Shown here one piece after another: positions 59,237 to 64,000 of a stretch of 64,000 bases of DNA. Source of the DNA: a bacterium (GTDB lineage Bacteria > SAR324 > NAC60-12); the NCBI GenBank assembly GCA_965209155.1, contig OZ242383.1, positions 3,552,001 to 3,616,000 on the forward strand, written 5' to 3'. The stretch's first letter is position 1. Each line of letters begins with the position of its first letter. The translations under genes were made by a program, and so were the position numbers. The notes under the pieces were generated by a model. That model ran no database searches and was not told where the DNA came from. It worked only from the letters and a program-made list of their open reading frames with translations.

Positions 59237-60406
59237 TCAGGGAAGGGACGGGTATCCCGTCAATTCCACGTAACCATTTCCCTGGACTGGTTGTGATCGA
59301 AACGTTCCTTTGCCATGCACCGCTCCTTCCCAGTAGGTAAGAGAAGCGCGGAATTCCTGTTCATCGAGGAAGGGAACGAGGTCGAGGTTCACGTCGTATT
59401 GGGGAATGAGCAGGTTCCAACGAGATGGATAGCGAATCCCTGATACGGCACTCTGCCAATATTCAAAGTTTTGCAGGTCTATTTGCCGGGCAGAGAGTGG
59501 ATGGGATTCTCCATGCGGCGAGACAAGCAGCCCGCTGCTGGCAGGATCGATGCGACCATCTTTCAGTCGCATTTGATAAATCATCAGGTCCCAACCGTTC
59601 GAAAGCTGCAAGGCAATCCAATCCCAACCGACCTGGTTCGATTGCAAGGCGCTGGAACTCCATTCCCGGTCCATCCAGCTCAGTCCCTCCAGTGCATATT
59701 CTTGATCCCCGACTTGTAATCGCCCCTTGGTTCGCAAGCGAGTGAACGAATAGTAATAGGAAGCATTGCCGCTTTCCTCTCCTTTCCGGCTCAATCCCTC
59801 TTCGCCCTGCAGGACCAGGTCTTTCTGCGGCGTCAACTCCAGGTTCAAAGAAACATTGCCTTCTGAAACCTGAATCCTCAGGGGAAAAAAAGACTTTCCA
59901 ACACTGCGCACGGACCAATTTTCCAACCATACTCGAAAAGGTGATGCCCGTGCTCCTGCCAACTGCAAAGCTGCCCGACTGAATCGTTCGAATTGGTGAT
60001 GTTTCAGCAATTGCGTATCCGTGAGGGCAAAGTGTCCCATATAAACCTGCCGGGTCGCCCACCGGGAAGATCGCGAGTCCCGATTGGGGGAGAGGGAAGT
60101 ACGGAACAGGGTGAACTGGTAGCCGAAATGCCGATTGTTCGTGGTTTTCAAATTCCCGCTGAAATACCACCATTCGTTGCGGAAATCGGGATGGGGGCCA
60201 TGGTCACGGGGAAATTCAAACCGTCGTGGCATGATTGCCCTCTCGTATCCTTCCGTTGCGCCTGCCAGAATACCCGACACGGTATGCATGGAGGGAGGTT
60301 GGGGAACCGGTTCTTTCTTGCGCGGGTAATTCAGAATTGCGACGGTCGACAGCAAAACAAGAAATATGGGAAAGATCCATTTATAAATCACGGTTTTCGG
60401 TGCCAT
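59237..60406 (-). CDS. AttH/CrtC-like lipocalin-fold protein
   Basis: FPRDHGPHP, EWWY, SYYYS, WMDREWSS, GWDW, YWEG, GYVELTGY. Confidence 0.88.
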   Translation of the reverse strand: MAPKTVIYKWIFPIFLVLLSTVAILNYPRKKEPVPQPPSMHTVSGILAGATEGYERAIMPRRFEFPRDHGPHPDFRNEWWYFSGNLKTTNNRHFGYQFTLFRTSLSPNRDSRSSRWATRQVYMGHFALTDTQLLKHHQFERFSRAALQLAGARASPFRVWLENWSVRSVGKSFFPLRIQVSEGNVSLNLELTPQKDLVLQGEEGLSRKGEESGNASYYYSFTRLRTKGRLQVGDQEYALEGLSWMDREWSSSALQSNQVGWDWIALQLSNGWDLMIYQMRLKDGRIDPASSGLLVSPHGESHPLSARQIDLQNFEYWQSAVSGIRYPSRWNLLIPQYDVNLDLVPFLDEQEFRASLTYWEGAVHGKGTFRSQPVQGNGYVELTGYPSLP

Positions 60407-60425
60407 CATTCCTCTCACAACAGGG

Positions 60426-63008
60426 TCAGTCGATCGGGTGAGAATCCTCCCTCAATGCTTTTGCCGGGATGATTCGGGCCATTTTAAAAGCAGGATAAAT
60501 GCCAGCCAGCAGGGCAGCCGTCAATCCGAGAACTATTCCCTGAACACAGATTTCGGCAGAAAGGATTGTCTGAAAAGTCCAACCAAAAGAGCGTAAATTG
60601 ATCACGTGAATCAATATTTGCGCCAGCCCATAACCCAGCGGAAAGGCCAACAGACCGGCAAAGATGCCCATCAAAGCACATTGCCCCATCACCACTCCCC
60701 AGATTTGCCAGGGCGTTAAACCGACTGTCCTCAAGACGGCGAGTTCCCGTTGTTTTTCCAACTCGAGCGCCATCAAAGCGCTCAACACGCCAAGAAAGGC
60801 CACTCCCATGATCAATGTACGCAGAATACCTGTGATGGCAAACGTACGATCAAAAATTTGGATGGAATAGTCACGCAGCGTCTCGTTCGATTGCACGAGC
60901 AAATGCTGAGGATCATCCGACAGCTGTCGAATTTGCGAGATCAGAGATATTTCGGATTGTGATGGTTCCAGGTAGAGGGCCATGGATTGAATCCGCTGGT
61001 CCTGCCAATGCTTCTTGAATGTATTTCGACTGATGGCCGCGTACCCTTGCTCCCTGCCGTAATCATAGAATATGCCCAGGATGCGGAATGGCCGCGAAGC
61101 TTGTGGGGTTTGCAATACAATCGTCTCTCCTGGTCTGAGTTGGAGGCGATAAGCAAGTGGTTCTGAGACGAGAATGGTATCTTCCTTTTCGAAAGACTCC
61201 CAAACGGGGGAAGATTCCCGTTGTTTGAATTGAAAAGAGGATCTCCCCGGGAGTGGAATGTCGAGTGCGACCAGGTGCAGGGTCTCCCTCGAGTGGGATT
61301 CCATATCGATTTGAACGTTTAACCGGCGTAACGTTCCGAAATGCGCAACTCCGGGAATGCCGGAAACTTTTTCTATGAACCGTTCCGGGAGAAAAACGGA
61401 ATGATCTTGATCGTTCATTGCCTTAGCAGAGAGATAAACGTCTGCTCGTAATGACGATTCCAACCAATGGACTACGGCAAAACGGAAGCTCTCCACCATG
61501 ATACCCACTCCCACCGACGTTGAGATGGCAACCAGCAGGGTCGCAATGGCTACTCCGGTACGGCTCAATTCTGCAGTGATCCCCCTGGCAGCCAGTAATC
61601 CGGGTGTTTTAAAAAGAGCATACATCAAGGGCAGGATGAGGCGAACCAGCCATTTCGTGATCCCTGGCACCAGCAGGGAAATCCCCAAAATCATAAAGAA
61701 AACCGCGATTAATATTGGAATCGGATCTCGAGACGGAAACCCCATCGAGATCCCGGAGACCACCAGCAGGGTTATGGCGATCATGGTCAGCCGGGGCAAT
61801 AAAACTCGCGTGCTATCTTCCTGGTTTGAGCGGCGCATGACGAGTGCGGGTTCAATTTGAGCTGCTTCTCTTGCCGGCAGTAATGCGGCAACCAGGGATG
61901 CTGCCACACCCAAAATGATTGCTTTGCTGAAAACGAACACGGAAAGGTGAATTTGATTGACGGAGACCTTGTAATAAAAATCGTTGATGGTTTGGGTTAC
62001 CAGTTCAATCAATCCATGAGCCAGAAAAATACCCAGCCCCAGGCCGATCAGCGTTCCAATACTGCCAATTATAAAAGCCTCACTCAACAAGAGGAGAAAC
62101 AATTCTCTACGATTCATTCCCAGCGCGCGCAGACGTCCCAGTATGGGGAATCGTTGCACGACCGAAAAGGTCATGGTGTTATAAATGAGAAAAACACCAA
62201 CTATTAAAGTCAGCAGGCTGAATACTGATAAATTCAAGTGAAATGAACGCGTCAATTTTTCAGCGCCTTCCAATCGCTCTGCATATTCCCGGAGACGAGC
62301 TCCATAGGGAAGGACCTGCCGTAACTTTTCCTCGATTGAAATCCGTTGCGCTCCTTGTGGTAAAATCAAATTGATTTGACTGAGGGATCCCACTTTATTC
62401 AAAATTTCCTGGGCAGTGGAAATATCAGTGATCAGCAGATCTTCCAGTACCTCATCTTCCAAGTCGTCTGAAGTTTGCAAAATGGAGAGGAGTTCCAAAT
62501 CATACGATTCTCTTCCCTGCCGGACCCTCAACCTGTCGGCAGGCTGAAGATGCAAGCTTTCGGCTGTCCTTTTTGAAAGTAACATACTTCGAGGCTGGCT
62601 GATGAATCGTTTCAGGTTCTCGAAATCCAGTTGCCAACTCGTTAAATAACGACGAAAGGGTTTTTCGACAAATGGATCGATTCCCAGGACTCGAATAGTC
62701 TTTCCGGGATAATCAGGAAGCGACAAGCTTCCTTCCACCACAGGAGCTGTCTGGCGTAAGTTCAAGTCGAGCCGCAGTCGGGTATATAAGGATTCCGACA
62801 GGTCACCGGAAAGGGGAACAACCTGGTGGGTAGCTTTGCCAGTCAGGCTTTCTATCGAATGCTCGAATGAGCGTTTGGCGCTTTCATTGATCAAATCGAT
62901 GGAAACCACCACGCCAACACCCAAGGCGACGGCAAGAATTGAGAGTCCCGACTGCCAGGGATGGCGCAGAAAATAACGCAGGCTGGATTTCCACAAAAGG
63001 GGTCTCAT
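60426..63008 (-). CDS. FtsX-like duplicated ABC permease
   Basis: Two MacB/FtsX modules; LRALG, LRTVG. Confidence 0.9.
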   Translation of the reverse strand: MRPLLWKSSLRYFLRHPWQSGLSILAVALGVGVVVSIDLINESAKRSFEHSIESLTGKATHQVVPLSGDLSESLYTRLRLDLNLRQTAPVVEGSLSLPDYPGKTIRVLGIDPFVEKPFRRYLTSWQLDFENLKRFISQPRSMLLSKRTAESLHLQPADRLRVRQGRESYDLELLSILQTSDDLEDEVLEDLLITDISTAQEILNKVGSLSQINLILPQGAQRISIEEKLRQVLPYGARLREYAERLEGAEKLTRSFHLNLSVFSLLTLIVGVFLIYNTMTFSVVQRFPILGRLRALGMNRRELFLLLLSEAFIIGSIGTLIGLGLGIFLAHGLIELVTQTINDFYYKVSVNQIHLSVFVFSKAIILGVAASLVAALLPAREAAQIEPALVMRRSNQEDSTRVLLPRLTMIAITLLVVSGISMGFPSRDPIPILIAVFFMILGISLLVPGITKWLVRLILPLMYALFKTPGLLAARGITAELSRTGVAIATLLVAISTSVGVGIMVESFRFAVVHWLESSLRADVYLSAKAMNDQDHSVFLPERFIEKVSGIPGVAHFGTLRRLNVQIDMESHSRETLHLVALDIPLPGRSSFQFKQRESSPVWESFEKEDTILVSEPLAYRLQLRPGETIVLQTPQASRPFRILGIFYDYGREQGYAAISRNTFKKHWQDQRIQSMALYLEPSQSEISLISQIRQLSDDPQHLLVQSNETLRDYSIQIFDRTFAITGILRTLIMGVAFLGVLSALMALELEKQRELAVLRTVGLTPWQIWGVVMGQCALMGIFAGLLAFPLGYGLAQILIHVINLRSFGWTFQTILSAEICVQGIVLGLTAALLAGIYPAFKMARIIPAKALREDSHPID

Positions 63009-63009
63009 C

Positions 63010-63720
63010 TCAGCAATGCTCCACGATTTTTCCCTCATGAATGGCAATCACCCTGTCCGCATGGGCAGTGAGACGTTCATTGTGGGTGGCTACTATCAGG
63101 GTGCGTGCTGCCTCTCGAACCAGTTTTTCCAAGAGGTCGATCACCAAGGCGCTCGTTACGGAATCTAAATTGCCGGTCGGTTCGTCTGCCAGCACCAGGG
63201 CGGGGCGATGAATCAGCGCTCGCGCAATGGCAACTCGTTGTTGTTCCCCGCCGGAAAGGCGGTCCGGGAAGCTGTCCATACGATCTGCCAACTGCAAATG
63301 TTCCAGTAAGTTGCCAATGGCCGGAGAAGGATCGACCGCGCCTCCCGCATTCAATTCCAGCGGCAGGGCCAGGTTTTCCCTGACCGTCAGGGTGGGAATG
63401 AGGTTGAAAAATTGAAAAATGAAACCAATGTGTTTCCTGCGGAAAAGCGTGCGTTCCTTTTCAGAAAGCTCTGTCAGTTTCTGGTCGTCTACCTGGATCA
63501 TTCCGGATGTGGGAGTGTCAATACCGGCAATGAGGTGCAGCAGGGTCGATTTTCCCGAACCACTGCGTCCCAACAAAACCACAAATTGCCCTGCAGGCAC
63601 TTCAAGTGATGCCTCCTCCAGCACTGTTAAACGGTTGTTCCCTTCCAAATAAATTTTAGTGAGATTGGCAATTGTCAGGAACCGGGTCGATTCGCTACGG
63701 TTGATCATCGGCGGTTTCAC
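63010..63720 (-). CDS. ABC transporter ATP-binding protein (LolD-like)
   Basis: GRSGSGKS, LSGGEQQR, ADEPTGNLD. Confidence 0.95.
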   Translation of the reverse strand: MKPPMINRSESTRFLTIANLTKIYLEGNNRLTVLEEASLEVPAGQFVVLLGRSGSGKSTLLHLIAGIDTPTSGMIQVDDQKLTELSEKERTLFRRKHIGFIFQFFNLIPTLTVRENLALPLELNAGGAVDPSPAIGNLLEHLQLADRMDSFPDRLSGGEQQRVAIARALIHRPALVLADEPTGNLDSVTSALVIDLLEKLVREAARTLIVATHNERLTAHADRVIAIHEGKIVEHC

Positions 63721-64000
63721 TTCAGACGTTTTACTTGTCCTGCCACAACACGGATTTTTCGAGGCGCGGCCATCCAGATACAGAGGATCGAAAAGAAACT
63801 GAAGAAGAGCGCCATTAGAAAACCTGTCCTGTAATCTCCCTGCATGTCATAGATTAAACCCATGGTCCAGGGGCCGGCGGCAATGCCGAGACTTGCCGAC
63901 ATACTGAGCGTGCCGAAAATTTTTCCATATTGACGACTCTGGAAGACTTCCGCCGGTATGGCCGCATAGATCGGTGCGCTCCCGTAGCCCAACAATCCCT
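63717..64000 (-). CDS. MFS transporter, 5' end outside window
   Basis: YGKIFG, AGPWTMGLIYD..GDY hydrophobic C-terminus. Confidence 0.75.
   Translation of the reverse strand, partial: GLLGYGSAPIYAAIPAEVFQSRQYGKIFGTLSMSASLGIAAGPWTMGLIYDMQGDYRTGFLMALFFSFFSILCIWMAAPRKIRVVAGQVKRLK

Overview
Bacterial chromosome segment (deltaproteobacteria-like gene content; taxon not determinable from sequence alone). Housekeeping and metabolic genes (phoX, fused 5-oxoprolinase, class V aminotransferase, XPB-like helicase, S9 peptidase, murF, bactofilin, thrH, S41 protease, HU, lsrF, ABC system) alternate with two accessory regions. Region 1 (~2.5-12.2 kb): an Nmad2-Nmad3 pair between degenerate attC-like sites, a CBASS operon (patatin, CD-NTase, frameshifted E2-like/SEC-C gene) with a divergent CapH/CapP-like pair, and an MmeI-like R-M gene. 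Region 2 (~25-48.5 kb): an IS-interrupted EEP nuclease, AbiV, Y1-transposase/IS256/group II intron remnants, a low-GC graspetide-like cluster, and an SNF2-DUF1156-MNT-HEPN-DUF499 operon directly behind a degenerate duplicate tRNA(CAT). The most unusual element is a 569-bp unit present twice (18930-19498; inverted at 47920-48488) with IS200/IS605-like hairpin ends, no transposase, and a four-helix-bundle gene enclosed in its own long inverted repeat. GTCATTCC...GGAATCC palindromes are abundant and form tandem and nested arrays. No CRISPR array or rRNA was seen. All family calls come from motif recognition, not database searches.
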